Origin: an uncultured delta proteobacterium
GTDB lineage: Bacteria > Myxococcota_A > Polyangia > Polyangiales > Polyangiaceae
NCBI GenBank assembly: GCA_963696385.1
Contig: CAVOKF010000007.1
Coordinates: forward strand, 192,001-256,000
DNA length: 64,000 nucleotides
Direction of reading: 5' to 3'
A program made the translations under genes and the position numbers. The number at the start of each line of letters is the position of its first letter. Positions within the stretch are counted from its first letter, which is position 1. This document shows positions 41,869-51,428 of this stretch, piece after piece. The notes beneath the pieces are model-generated. The model did no database searches and was not told where the DNA came from. It was given only the letters and a program-made list of their open reading frames with translations.

Positions 41869-44800
41869 TGCGCTTCATCCGGCTCGTCGTCGAGGCATTT
41901 CGGGCCATCGAGCACGCGGAGGTCCACTTGGGTGCCGGCTTGAACGTGCTCTATGGGCCGAACGATCTCGGCAAGTCGACGCTGGCGGCCGCCCTCCGTG
42001 CGGCGCTGCTCGTGCGCCCGGACGCCGCGGAGGCAACCCAATTCCACTCGTGGTTCACCGACGCGACTCCTCGGGTCGCGCTCTCGTTCGTGACCGGAGA
42101 CGACCGTTACTGGACCGTCCGCAAGGGCTTCGGCGACGGGTCGACCAAGGCCGCCGAGCTTCTGTCCTCGAAGGACGGATCGTCCTTCGTCTTCGAATGC
42201 CGCGGACGGGAGGTCGAGGAGCGCCTTCGCGCTCTGCTCGGGTGGGGAATCCCGGCGCCGGGCGGCAAGGCCGGGCCCCGAGGGGTCCCGATCACGTTCC
42301 TCGAAAACGCGCTTCTCGCGGCACAGACCGACGTCGATTCGATTTTGGCAGCCAGTCTTGCCACGGACCCGGATCCGACCGGCAAGATCCGCTTGTCCAA
42401 GGCTCTCGCCACGCTCGCGCAAGATCCGCTGTTCAAGAAGGTGCTCGACGCCGCTCAGCGCGAGGTGGAGGAGTGCTTCACGCGCACGGGCCAACGCAGC
42501 CGCGCCCAGACATCCCGGTTCACCAAGACGGCGAATGTCATCCATACGCTGCAGGGCGAGCTCGAGGATCGGCAGCGCCGCGTCGCGGACTCGGCCGCCA
42601 TCGAAGAGCGGGTGCGGTTGCTTCGTGAACGACGCGATCGGGCCGAGCTAGGCTTGGCGGAACGTGCCGCCGCCCTTTCGGCCGTGCGCGATCGGCTCAA
42701 GCGTTCGCAGGACCGACAAGAGCTCGCGGCGCGCCTCGAGGCGGCCAAGACTGCGCTCTCGGAGATCGACAGCGAGGCCGCGACGGTCGGCGCCCTCGAC
42801 GCCGAGATCGAAAGACTCGCCAAGCAGGTGAAGTCTCGCGAAGAAGATCGGACGCGTACGACGCGCGACCTGGAGATCGCAACCGCCGCCGTTCGCGACG
42901 CGCAGGAGCGACTCCGGGTGGCGACGAGCGAGGGTGCGGCCCGCCAACGAGAGCTCTTGCGATCGCAACTCGCGGAGCAGGCTGCCGTTGTCGGCGCGGA
43001 TCGGCAAGCCGCCGAGAACCGAAAGGCGAGCCTCCTCGCGGCACTCCAGGCGATCGACGCGGCCCGGCGAGATCGAGATGCGGCCGCCAGCGCGCGCACG
43101 GAGCGGGACCGGTTTCTCGCACGTCTCGAAGCCGCGCGCGCGTCGCTTTTGGCAATCGACCAAGAGCTCGAGCTCGCACGAGCGACGCTCGCGTACGGAC
43201 GGTTGCGTGCCGCCCTGTCGGCGGCGGACGAGGCGGCCAAAGCGAAGAAAGCCGCTGCCAACGGTACTCGCGAGGCCGAGCAGAAAATGGCGCAAGCGGC
43301 GTCCTTCGACGAGCACGCGCGCGCGATGGAGGTCGATCTCGCGGCCCGACAGCGGGTGTTGCCGACCGGGGATCAGGCCACGGCGCTCGCAGCCATGGAA
43401 CGGCAGCTCGAGGTGGCGGAAGCGGCTCTCGGCGGCGGCGTGAGCGTCGTCCTGCGGCCCCGCAAGGCCGTGACCGTGCAGGCCCGCGTCGACGACGAGG
43501 GGGCCGTCGACCCCGTCGACCTCGCCATCGAACGGACGCTCGAGGCCGAGCGCAGCGTGCACCTCTCGGTCGCCGATCTCGTCGACATCGAGGTCACGGC
43601 GGGCGCGGCGGACCAGCGACGAGCCGTCGACAAGCTTCGCCTTCGACGCAAAAAGGAGCTTGTCCCGGTACTCCAACGAGCCGGACTCAACACGTTGCAC
43701 GACGTCGCAACCGCCCTCGGCGCCATGGCGAAAGATCATGCAACGGCCGAGGCAATCCGGAAAAAGGCGGCGGATCTTCGCAACGACGCGGCGAAGCTTC
43801 TCGAGCGTGCCGAGGAGCAGACCGAGCAGGCCGCGAGGCTCTCGAGCCGCGCCGACGGGCTCGAGGCTCGCAAAGCCGCACTGGGCAAGACAGCCCCGGC
43901 GGTTTTGGAGCAGCGGTTGGCCGCGCTCGGGACACACTGGGAGGCGCCGGCCGAGGCGCTGCACGCGAAACGTTCGAACGAGCAACGCACGGCAGCGGCA
44001 GCGACGCGAACGGCCGAGCAGGACGCCGAGCGGGCCGAGTACCAGGTCGCGGAGGCGGATCGGCGAACCGCGGAACGGGTCGCAAGGTCCGAAGCGGCCT
44101 TGGCGACCGCCCAATCCTCGGACCCCGGGCCTTTACTCGCTCGGATCGAGCGGGAGCTCGAATCGTTCGGCAAGCGCGAAGCGGATATCGCGGCGAAGCG
44201 CCAGGCGCTGGAGACGGCTCCGAACGACGATGTCGACCAAGCCGAGCGGGCGATTGCGGCCGCCGAGCACAGTCTGGCTGCGGCGAAGCCGGCGCACGAT
44301 GACGCCGTGCAGGCGGTCGAAACGTCGAGAGCGGAATGCAACACGCGAACGGGGGAGGCCAATCTCCGTCGCCTCCGACTCCATGGCATGGACCGGGCTG
44401 CCGCCGCGGCGCTCGTCGAGCAGCGTACACGCGAGTGGGCGGCGCTGCCGGTCGAGAAGAATGTGTCCGAGGCCGACGTCGTGGCGGCCGAGCAAGACGC
44501 AGCGGCCGCGAACCGGGAACTCGATTCGGCGAAAGAGGAACTCTACAAGAGCGAGGGCGCTCTGACCAAGGTCGGTGGCAACACGGTGCGCGAAGATTTG
44601 GAGCGAATCCAGGAAGCCCTTACCGCCGAATTCGCTCGGCAGCGGGAGATGGAGACCGATGCCGATGCGTGGAAGCTGCTCCGCGACACCCTGCGCGATG
44701 TCGAAGATGACGAGGGCGCCCACCTCGGACGTGCACTCGCAGGACCCGTGTCGAAAAAGTTCGAGGAATTGACGGCGGGCCGTTACCGGGATCTCCGGCT

Positions 44801-45209
44801 CGATGCGGCACTCAAGACGGAGGCGCTGGGTCTGAGTGAGTCGTCTGCGACGGGTGCGGACGTCCTTTCGGCGCTCTCGGTCGGCACACGCCATCAACTC
44901 GCGACGCTCATTCGCCTCACCGTCGCGGCGCAGTTGAAAAGCGCGATCGTGCTCGACGATCACCTGGTCCACACCGACCCGGTGCGACTCGCATGGTTTC
45001 AGGACGTGTTGATGAAGACCGCGCTGAATACGCAGGTCGTGGTTCTCACCTGCCGGCCGGAGGATTACCTCACAACGGATGACCTCGCCGGGGAAGGCAC
45101 CGAACGCGACATCGCCGGAGGTGCGGTGCGGGTCATCGACGGGGCTCGCGTGATCCAGCGCTGGGCGGACGTGTCTTCGCGATCGTCGCGCCCACTGCCC
45201 GTCGAGTGA
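41868..45209 (+). CDS. Rad50/SbcC-like (YhaN-type) SMC ABC ATPase
   Basis: TGATG-coupled start at 41868; Walker A GPNDLGKST, long coiled coils, signature LSVGTRHQ, Walker B IVLDD, QVVVLTC. Confidence 0.92.
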   Translation: MRFIRLVVEAFRAIEHAEVHLGAGLNVLYGPNDLGKSTLAAALRAALLVRPDAAEATQFHSWFTDATPRVALSFVTGDDRYWTVRKGFGDGSTKAAELLSSKDGSSFVFECRGREVEERLRALLGWGIPAPGGKAGPRGVPITFLENALLAAQTDVDSILAASLATDPDPTGKIRLSKALATLAQDPLFKKVLDAAQREVEECFTRTGQRSRAQTSRFTKTANVIHTLQGELEDRQRRVADSAAIEERVRLLRERRDRAELGLAERAAALSAVRDRLKRSQDRQELAARLEAAKTALSEIDSEAATVGALDAEIERLAKQVKSREEDRTRTTRDLEIATAAVRDAQERLRVATSEGAARQRELLRSQLAEQAAVVGADRQAAENRKASLLAALQAIDAARRDRDAAASARTERDRFLARLEAARASLLAIDQELELARATLAYGRLRAALSAADEAAKAKKAAANGTREAEQKMAQAASFDEHARAMEVDLAARQRVLPTGDQATALAAMERQLEVAEAALGGGVSVVLRPRKAVTVQARVDDEGAVDPVDLAIERTLEAERSVHLSVADLVDIEVTAGAADQRRAVDKLRLRRKKELVPVLQRAGLNTLHDVATALGAMAKDHATAEAIRKKAADLRNDAAKLLERAEEQTEQAARLSSRADGLEARKAALGKTAPAVLEQRLAALGTHWEAPAEALHAKRSNEQRTAAAATRTAEQDAERAEYQVAEADRRTAERVARSEAALATAQSSDPGPLLARIERELESFGKREADIAAKRQALETAPNDDVDQAERAIAAAEHSLAAAKPAHDDAVQAVETSRAECNTRTGEANLRRLRLHGMDRAAAAALVEQRTREWAALPVEKNVSEADVVAAEQDAAAANRELDSAKEELYKSEGALTKVGGNTVREDLERIQEALTAEFARQREMETDADAWKLLRDTLRDVEDDEGAHLGRALAGPVSKKFEELTAGRYRDLRLDAALKTEALGLSESSATGADVLSALSVGTRHQLATLIRLTVAAQLKSAIVLDDHLVHTDPVRLAWFQDVLMKTALNTQVVVLTCRPEDYLTTDDLAGEGTERDIAGGAVRVIDGARVIQRWADVSSRSSRPLPVE

Positions 45210-45304
45210 CGCTCGCAGGTCACTCGGCTACAGAAAGCCAATCTCGGCGAACAGCATGCCGGGGCCGTATGCAGACGCCCCGAGCTCCGCGGTATGGTGT
45301 GACG

Positions 45305-46141
45305 ATGGATGAGACCGCCGACCCGATCGCGTATTGGAACGGACCCGCGGGCGAGCGTTGGGCGCGCGAGCAAGAAGCGATCGATCGAGCTTTTGCGGCG
45401 TTCAGCGCCAAGCTCTTCGATCGCGCGACGCTGCGCCCGGGCGCTCGTGTCCTCGACGTGGGCTGCGGATGCGGGACGACTACGCTCGCCGCGGCCGACG
45501 CGGTGGGACCGGGGGGCGCGGTCGTGGGAATCGACGTGTCGACGCCGATGGTGGCACGAGCGCGCGAACGCTCGACCGGGCGGCCGAACGTTTCGTACGT
45601 CTTGGCCGACGCAGCCGAGCATGGATTCGAGACTCCGTTCGACGCCATCGTGTCGCGTTTCGGAGTGATGTTCTTCCGGCGCCCGGTACCGGCCTTCCGG
45701 CGGATGCGCGAAGCGCTGCGATCGGGCGGCACCCTGGCGTTCGTGTGCTGGCGCGCGGCGAACGAAAACGAATGGGTTCGCGTTGCCCGGGACTCCGTCG
45801 ACTTGCTTCTTCCTGCCGAACCCGCCGAATCGGCGGATGAGCCGGGGCCATTCGCGTTCGCAGACTCTGGCCGCGTGGCGGCAATCCTCGACGAAGCGTC
45901 ATTTACGAACGTCGCAGTCGTTGCCTTCGACGCCGATGTCGTCCTTTCGCAGCAGGGGCTTGGTGAAGCCGCGCGCTTCGCCATGACTACGGGGCCGACG
46001 GCGCGCCGGTTGCGGGACGCCGACGATGACACGAAGGCCCGGGTCCGCGTGGCGCTCGAGGCGCGATTGCGGCCTTTCGTCAGGGGCGAGCGCATCGCCC
46101 TGCGCGGCTCGGTCTGGGTGGTGAGCGCCACGAGAAGCTGA
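45305..46141 (+). CDS. Class I SAM-dependent methyltransferase
   Basis: YWNGPAGERW, VLDVGCGCG, SRFGVMFF, PGPFAFAD. Confidence 0.9.
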   Translation: MDETADPIAYWNGPAGERWAREQEAIDRAFAAFSAKLFDRATLRPGARVLDVGCGCGTTTLAAADAVGPGGAVVGIDVSTPMVARARERSTGRPNVSYVLADAAEHGFETPFDAIVSRFGVMFFRRPVPAFRRMREALRSGGTLAFVCWRAANENEWVRVARDSVDLLLPAEPAESADEPGPFAFADSGRVAAILDEASFTNVAVVAFDADVVLSQQGLGEAARFAMTTGPTARRLRDADDDTKARVRVALEARLRPFVRGERIALRGSVWVVSATRS

Positions 46142-46286
46142 CTCGCCCGAGAGATTCGGAAAGCCACCGGGACGAGGATGCCCCAGGGGCTCTCGCGGGC
46201 TAGGACGCCGCGTCCCGCCGAGTCGCTGAAATGACGGAAATGCGCGCATTATCCATGCGGCACAGGCCATGCACTGAACTCCACGC

Positions 46287-46610
46287 ATGAACGCCTTTCA
46301 AGGATCTCGCGCCTTACGTTCCGGCTTCGTCGCGGCCATGCTGTTTTTTGCCCTTTGGATGGGGGCCCCGCGGACTGCGGCCGCTCAAGTCATCGACGTC
46401 GCGCCGCCAGCCCTCCGCCTGGAGGTCGCCCCTCTTCGCCCTTCCCCGAATCACTTTTGGATCCCCGGCTATTGGGGATGGGGACCGCGCGGTCACGTGT
46501 GGTACGGAGGGCGCTGGGAGCTCGAGCGACGCGGCAGCCATTGGGCGGCTGCTCGTTGGACTCACGAGGGTCGACGATGGCATTTTTCTCCCGGGCGCTT
46601 TCGACGGTAA
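46287..46610 (+). CDS. YXWGXW-repeat secreted protein
   Basis: Signal peptide, APPALRLE, FWIPGYWGW, VWYGGRW, HWAAARW. Confidence 0.82.
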   Translation: MNAFQGSRALRSGFVAAMLFFALWMGAPRTAAAQVIDVAPPALRLEVAPLRPSPNHFWIPGYWGWGPRGHVWYGGRWELERRGSHWAAARWTHEGRRWHFSPGRFRR

Positions 46611-46722
46611 AAGCTCCCGGCGCGCAAGCGGGGCGGGCCCCGCCGGGCCACCGGCGGCTCGATCTGCGCGGTGAGCTCTTTGGGACGCCTCCGGACACTG
46701 GGGTGGCCCAAGGAGAAGCCCT

Positions 46723-48438
46723 TTGCACCCCAAGCGTACGCGGCCTTCCGCCGATCGGCTTCACGCGGCAGCGGCGCTTGCGATCGGTGCGACGACGCTG
46801 CTCCTTGGCTGCGGCAACTCGGCAAGCGGGCAAGCGCAGCCGACCCCCACACCGAGCTCCGTCGACGCGAGCGGCAGTCCGGCAGCTCCCGGCAGCGACG
46901 CGGCTGCGAGCCGCAGCGCCAGCACGGCAACGAACGGTAGTTCGAGCAGCACGGCATCAAGCGGGGCTGCACCCGCGAGCGGCCCGAGCGGCAGTGACGC
47001 GGCAAGCGGCTCGAGTGACGCGACGACCGGTGGCGGCCCGAACGGCAACGACGCCGCAAGCGATGGCGGGTCGAGCGACGCCGCCGGTGATGGCTCGAGC
47101 GCGACCGGCCCCGCCGTCGACGGCGCGGCGGTAGCCACCGGCTGGGGCACGATCCACAACGACTTCTTCTGGTACGACCAAGACGGAAACCTGATCAATA
47201 CCCGAAGTGGCAAGATCCGTCAGTTTGGCAATCTTTATTACTGGTATGGCGGAGCCCCCGGCGCGGCCGATCAGAACCTGTATACCTCGCCCGACTTCAT
47301 CCATTGGACCTACAAGGGCGTGGTCTTCCATTCGCCCGTCGAAGCCAATCGACTGGACGTCCTGTACAATGCCGCGACCCAGACGTACGTGATGTTTTTG
47401 AAGTACGACGGAGATTCGGCGTATTTGGGAATAGCGACCTCTCCGACTCCGGACGGAACGTTCACCTTTCAGAGCCAAACGCTGGTCGATGGGTACACCA
47501 TCGGCGACATGTCGATGTTCGAGGACGACGACGGTCAAGCCTATCTGGCGTACGTGTGGTGGGAAACCGGTCCCAATCGCGAGCACGGAATCTACCGGAT
47601 GTCCGCCGACTATTTGACTTTGGCAGAGCGGGTCTACCTGTGGAACATCCCCAGTCGAGAGGCTCCCCACATTTTCAAGCGAAATGGAGTGTACTATTAT
47701 GGGACTTCCCGTACCGCCGGCATCAACCCGACGGCTACGGAATATTACATGGCAACGAACTTGGCCGGCCCCTGGTCGGCGGCGACGAACCTGACCACGC
47801 CGGGCTCCACCACCTCGTATCAAACGCAGTGTGACTTCGTGTTTCCCGTTGCGGGCACGCAAGGCACGTATTTCCTGTACGACGGCGATCGATGGCTGCC
47901 CACCGGGGGAAGCGAAGGCGACTACGTATGGCTGCCGCTCGCGTTCGATGACGCCGGCCTACCGTCGATGAACTATTATCAGGATTGGGACTTCAACCTT
48001 GGCACCGGGACGTGGCGGACGTTCGATTTGACACGAGACCTGGCACTCGGCAAGACGGCTACGGCCTCCTCGGACGACGGTACGAACCTGCCTGCAAGCG
48101 TGACGACGGCCACGACCTACCTGACCTACGCCGCGACCCGCTGGGAGAGCGAGGCCACCGATCCGCAATGGATCATGGTGGACCTCGGAGCCCCCACTCA
48201 AGTCGATCGAGTCATTCTCAAGTGGTATTTGGACTACGCGAAGGCGTTTGAAATCCAGGTGTCGACCGACGCGACGACCTGGACCTCCGTATACACGACG
48301 ACGATCGGCGCATCGTATTCGGTCACCGACGTCACGTTCGCCGAAACCTCTGCGCGGTACGTCCGGATGCTCGGAACCCAAAGGGGCACCACGAATGGCT
48401 ATTCGCTTTTTGCTTTCATGGTTCTCGACGACCCTTGA
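46723..48438 (+). CDS. GH43 glycosidase lipoprotein with C-terminal discoidin/CBM32 domain
   Basis: Lipobox LLGC, Ser-rich linker, YYWYG, DMSMFEDDDG, REAPHIFKRNG, YVWLPL; LALGKTATASS, WIMVDLG, RYVRM. Confidence 0.88.
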   Translation: MHPKRTRPSADRLHAAAALAIGATTLLLGCGNSASGQAQPTPTPSSVDASGSPAAPGSDAAASRSASTATNGSSSSTASSGAAPASGPSGSDAASGSSDATTGGGPNGNDAASDGGSSDAAGDGSSATGPAVDGAAVATGWGTIHNDFFWYDQDGNLINTRSGKIRQFGNLYYWYGGAPGAADQNLYTSPDFIHWTYKGVVFHSPVEANRLDVLYNAATQTYVMFLKYDGDSAYLGIATSPTPDGTFTFQSQTLVDGYTIGDMSMFEDDDGQAYLAYVWWETGPNREHGIYRMSADYLTLAERVYLWNIPSREAPHIFKRNGVYYYGTSRTAGINPTATEYYMATNLAGPWSAATNLTTPGSTTSYQTQCDFVFPVAGTQGTYFLYDGDRWLPTGGSEGDYVWLPLAFDDAGLPSMNYYQDWDFNLGTGTWRTFDLTRDLALGKTATASSDDGTNLPASVTTATTYLTYAATRWESEATDPQWIMVDLGAPTQVDRVILKWYLDYAKAFEIQVSTDATTWTSVYTTTIGASYSVTDVTFAETSARYVRMLGTQRGTTNGYSLFAFMVLDDP

Positions 48439-48471
48439 CCCAAGCCGAGCCCCACGCGAGCGCTCTCCGCG

Positions 48472-49425
48472 CTACGGATCTCCGGCAGCCGCCGTGAAGT
48501 GAACGACGAGGTCCGACCCACCGGACGCGAACGCCACGCTACCGTCGAGACCGCCCGCGCCCAACCGCATGTCGAATGTCGTATCGACATTCGGTGTGGC
48601 CGTGCATCCGCTCGACCCGCACGTGCATACCTGGGGCTGCGGCGGATTGTCGCAGAGGACGACTTTGCCGCAGTTCATCGTGAGGTCCGGGCCGCCGTCA
48701 GGATTGTGGAGCGCGCAAAGGCTGGACGCCATGAAACCCGCATCCACGCCGCCGACGACGGACACCTGCCAATCTGGCGCGCAGCCATACGCGCAAGGAT
48801 TCAGGGGCGCGTAGCTGTACGAGGTTTGCAGCGCGCACCACGGCTTGTACTCTTCGAGCGAATTGACGCCGAATCGCAAACGCGTGCCGTCGAACTGAAC
48901 GTCTTCCACGGTATAGGCAAAGCCCTCGGCAACCTCTCCGACGAGCTTGCCCAAGCCATTCGATGCCGTGGGTTCGACGGTTGGGAATACAGGGATGGGG
49001 ATCGCGCCGGTCGGCATTCCGACCGGCCAGTAGCCGACGGTCGGGTCCACGGCAGGCAGGGACGCCGGACCCTGACCGAACGCGATCGTCGCGGCGATCG
49101 CCCCATCCGCCTCGGCGGTGAAGCTGAGCTGCAGGGCATCCGATCCGGAGGGGAAAGTGTAGTTCTCGACGTATCCGGTCCATCCCCCCAGAAGGGGGGC
49201 CAAGCTGGATCCCGCGTCCGTAGGGCCTGCATCGGTCCCCGCAGGGCCCGGTTGCACACAGGTTGCGACGCTGGCGTCCGCCGCGACCGGACTGGCGGCG
49301 TCCGGCGCGTTGTCGATGCCGTTCGCGTCGGCTTCGGGGCTTGCTGTCGAGCTGAGATAGATGTCTTTGCCCCCGCACGCGCTCGAGAAGGCGAAGAGTG
49401 CGAGGAAGGTCAGTCTGTTTTTCAT
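48472..49425 (-). CDS. Cys-rich lipoprotein, last gene of the ECF cassette
   Basis: Lipobox SSAC, WTGYVENY, WCALQTSY, CTCGSSGC. Confidence 0.75.
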   Translation of the reverse strand: MKNRLTFLALFAFSSACGGKDIYLSSTASPEADANGIDNAPDAASPVAADASVATCVQPGPAGTDAGPTDAGSSLAPLLGGWTGYVENYTFPSGSDALQLSFTAEADGAIAATIAFGQGPASLPAVDPTVGYWPVGMPTGAIPIPVFPTVEPTASNGLGKLVGEVAEGFAYTVEDVQFDGTRLRFGVNSLEEYKPWCALQTSYSYAPLNPCAYGCAPDWQVSVVGGVDAGFMASSLCALHNPDGGPDLTMNCGKVVLCDNPPQPQVCTCGSSGCTATPNVDTTFDMRLGAGGLDGSVAFASGGSDLVVHFTAAAGDP

Positions 49426-49471
49426 TGGCGCATCACCCATGAATAACGATTGGGTCGTCCGCGTGGGCCCT

Positions 49472-50155
49472 TCACGGAATGGATGCGATGGCCGAGCGGA
49501 CCGTGTGGCCGAAGAGGCTTTCCGGCCAGCGATCGCCGAACGCCCGCGCCCGGTCGCGCGCTTCGCGATAGCGGCCCGCGCGCACCAGAGCCTGGATTTC
49601 GAGCGCGTCACGCTCTTCGGCCAAGATCGCTTTGGGAAATCGGGAACGGTGCGCCGCAAGGTTCTCGAGCGCGCGGTCGGGGATCTCGGCGACGAGCGCC
49701 GCGCGCGCGTCGTCGAGCAAGCGCCGTTCGGCCTCGAGCTGCGATTGCTCTTGTGGCCCCGGCGGGCCTGCGCTGGCCGGGCCGGTCATCGCGGGGTTCG
49801 GCACCATGGCGGTCGCGCTCGCGACTTCGGTCGGCGCCGGCCCGGCACTCTGGACCGCTGTCGGCGCCGGCGGTTCGACGTAGACAACCCGCGGCGGAGG
49901 CGCCCGCTCGAGCACACCGGCGAGCGCGGCGCCGGCCATCCCGCCCAAAGCGAACGTCGCCACCGGCCAAGCGATGCCGCCGCGCCATCCTCGGACCCGG
50001 CCACCGTGCCCGCCGCCGCCTCCGGCGCGCCGAATCTCGGGGATCGCGATTTCGAGCTTCGCCCGAACGCGGGCTTGCGCCCCGGGCGGAGGTGAGCCGT
50101 CTGCCGAGAGCTCTTCGAGCTCGAATGGCCTAAGGGGCGGGATGGAATCAGCCAC
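49472..50155 (-). CDS. Putative anti-sigma factor (TM + Pro linker + TPR-like C-terminus)
   Basis: Lies directly after the sigma-factor 3' end; LEAERRLLDDARAAL..H..RFP..LAEER pattern. Confidence 0.72.
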   Translation of the reverse strand: MADSIPPLRPFELEELSADGSPPPGAQARVRAKLEIAIPEIRRAGGGGGHGGRVRGWRGGIAWPVATFALGGMAGAALAGVLERAPPPRVVYVEPPAPTAVQSAGPAPTEVASATAMVPNPAMTGPASAGPPGPQEQSQLEAERRLLDDARAALVAEIPDRALENLAAHRSRFPKAILAEERDALEIQALVRAGRYREARDRARAFGDRWPESLFGHTVRSAIASIP

Positions 50156-50244
50156 GATGCACCTCTCGCGCGGCGAGCGTCTTGACCGCAAAGGCAAGCT
50201 GTTCGCGGGCCAGACGCAACCGCGAATAGGCCGTGTTCAGGGGA
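50148..50244 (-). pseudogene. 3' fragment of the ECF sigma factor (region 4.2)
   Basis: PLNTAYSRLRLAREQLAFAVKTLAAREVHRG* continues the ORF from 54473 exactly once the IS and one TSD copy are removed. Confidence 0.93.
50239..50244 (+). repeat. IS target-site duplication AGGGGA (left copy; right copy 54010-54015)
   Basis: Identical hexamer immediately outside both IS ends. Confidence 0.92.
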
Positions 50245-50352
50245 TGTAGACGGACGCGTAAATCCGCGGGAAAGGCGACGTGGAAGCAGTGCGCGGCCGA
50301 TCCCGGCGCTACCTCCTGAGGAAGGCGGCGCCGGGCAGCGGACGAGAATGGC

Positions 50353-50646
50353 TCAGCGAGGGAGGGGCTTGTCGTGGTGGTTGTGGTCACGCCCGTCGAC
50401 GACGTTCTGCTCGGCGAGTCGATATTGGCGGATATGCCTGCGTAAAGCGCGCATGGCATTGAGGAGGTCGCGAGTGGGGGGATGATTGGCGCCGCCGCGT
50501 GTCGACGAGGAGGGGTCGGGGCCGATGGCGAGAAAGCGGCGAGCCGCGATGAGTGCAGCGTCGAGCACGAAGAGCGGACCGAGTTCGGGCGCCAAGACGA
50601 TGTCCCACTCGGAGGGCGCAACGAGCCGCTGGCGCGGCGGCGTCAC
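50353..50646 (-). CDS. IS accessory ORF downstream of istB (97 aa, helical)
   Basis: GTGA overlap with the istB stop; APELGPLFVLDAALIAARRFL...LRRHIRQYR. Confidence 0.65.
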   Translation of the reverse strand: MTPPRQRLVAPSEWDIVLAPELGPLFVLDAALIAARRFLAIGPDPSSSTRGGANHPPTRDLLNAMRALRRHIRQYRLAEQNVVDGRDHNHHDKPLPR

Positions 50647-51428
50647 ACGCGCCTCCGGGCGGAGGCGCCTCGCGAGCGGGGCCTGGGTTGCGGAGGCGGT
50701 GGGGAGTTGCCCGGCTTTTGCCGGTAGGAGTCGGCATCGATGTCGATGGTGTGCAGATGCTGGGTGAAGCGATCGATGAGAGCGACGAGGCAGGCGGCGC
50801 CGGGGAATACGCCCCCCCATTCCTTGAAGGCCAAGTTGGTCGAGATGATGGTGGAGGCTCGTTCATGGCGCCGGCTGATGATCTGGAAGAAGAGGTCGAC
50901 GGCGCGCTTGTCTACGGGCACATATCCAAGTTCGTCGCATACGAGAAGATCGACATTGGTATAGCGCTTCATGCGTCGCTCGACGGCGGGCAGCGACTCC
51001 TGTTTCAAGAGATCGGCGAGCGCCGAAACGACCGGGGTAAAGCAGACGGTCATGCCGGCGCTGAGCGCGGCGAGGCATACGTTCTGCGCAAGCATGGTCT
51101 TACCCACACCGCTTGGGCCGCGAAAAAGGACGTTCTCGCGGCGCTCCACGAAGCCCAAGCCGAGGACATTCTCGCATAGGGCGCGGTCGATCTTGCGCGG
51201 ATGGCTCCAGTCGAAACGGTCCATCGTCGTGTGCGCCCCCACCGTCGCCATCTTGGTGCGGGTGGCGAGATTGCGTGCTTCACGCTGCCGGCGCTCCATT
51301 TCGACCAGCAGCTCGACGACCTGCACGTGCGAGAGGCGGTTGGCGGTCGCGTGCGACAGCAGTGCCTCGAGCTGCTCGCGCGACGCGCAGAAGCCGATGG
51401 CCCGGAGCTCGTCGACGACGTCGCTCAC
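50643..51428 (-). CDS. istB: IS21 helper AAA+ ATPase IstB
   Basis: GPSGVGKT, LLVCDELGY, STNLAFKEW, ALIDR, SYR. Confidence 0.96.
   Translation of the reverse strand: MSDVVDELRAIGFCASREQLEALLSHATANRLSHVQVVELLVEMERRQREARNLATRTKMATVGAHTTMDRFDWSHPRKIDRALCENVLGLGFVERRENVLFRGPSGVGKTMLAQNVCLAALSAGMTVCFTPVVSALADLLKQESLPAVERRMKRYTNVDLLVCDELGYVPVDKRAVDLFFQIISRRHERASTIISTNLAFKEWGGVFPGAACLVALIDRFTQHLHTIDIDADSYRQKPGNSPPPPQPRPRSRGASARRRV

Noticed and set aside
45305..46141. Methyltransferase as the modification partner of the SNF2/SbcCD operon
   Set aside because: Small-molecule class I methyltransferase motifs; no DPPY/NPPY or PC motif of DNA methylases
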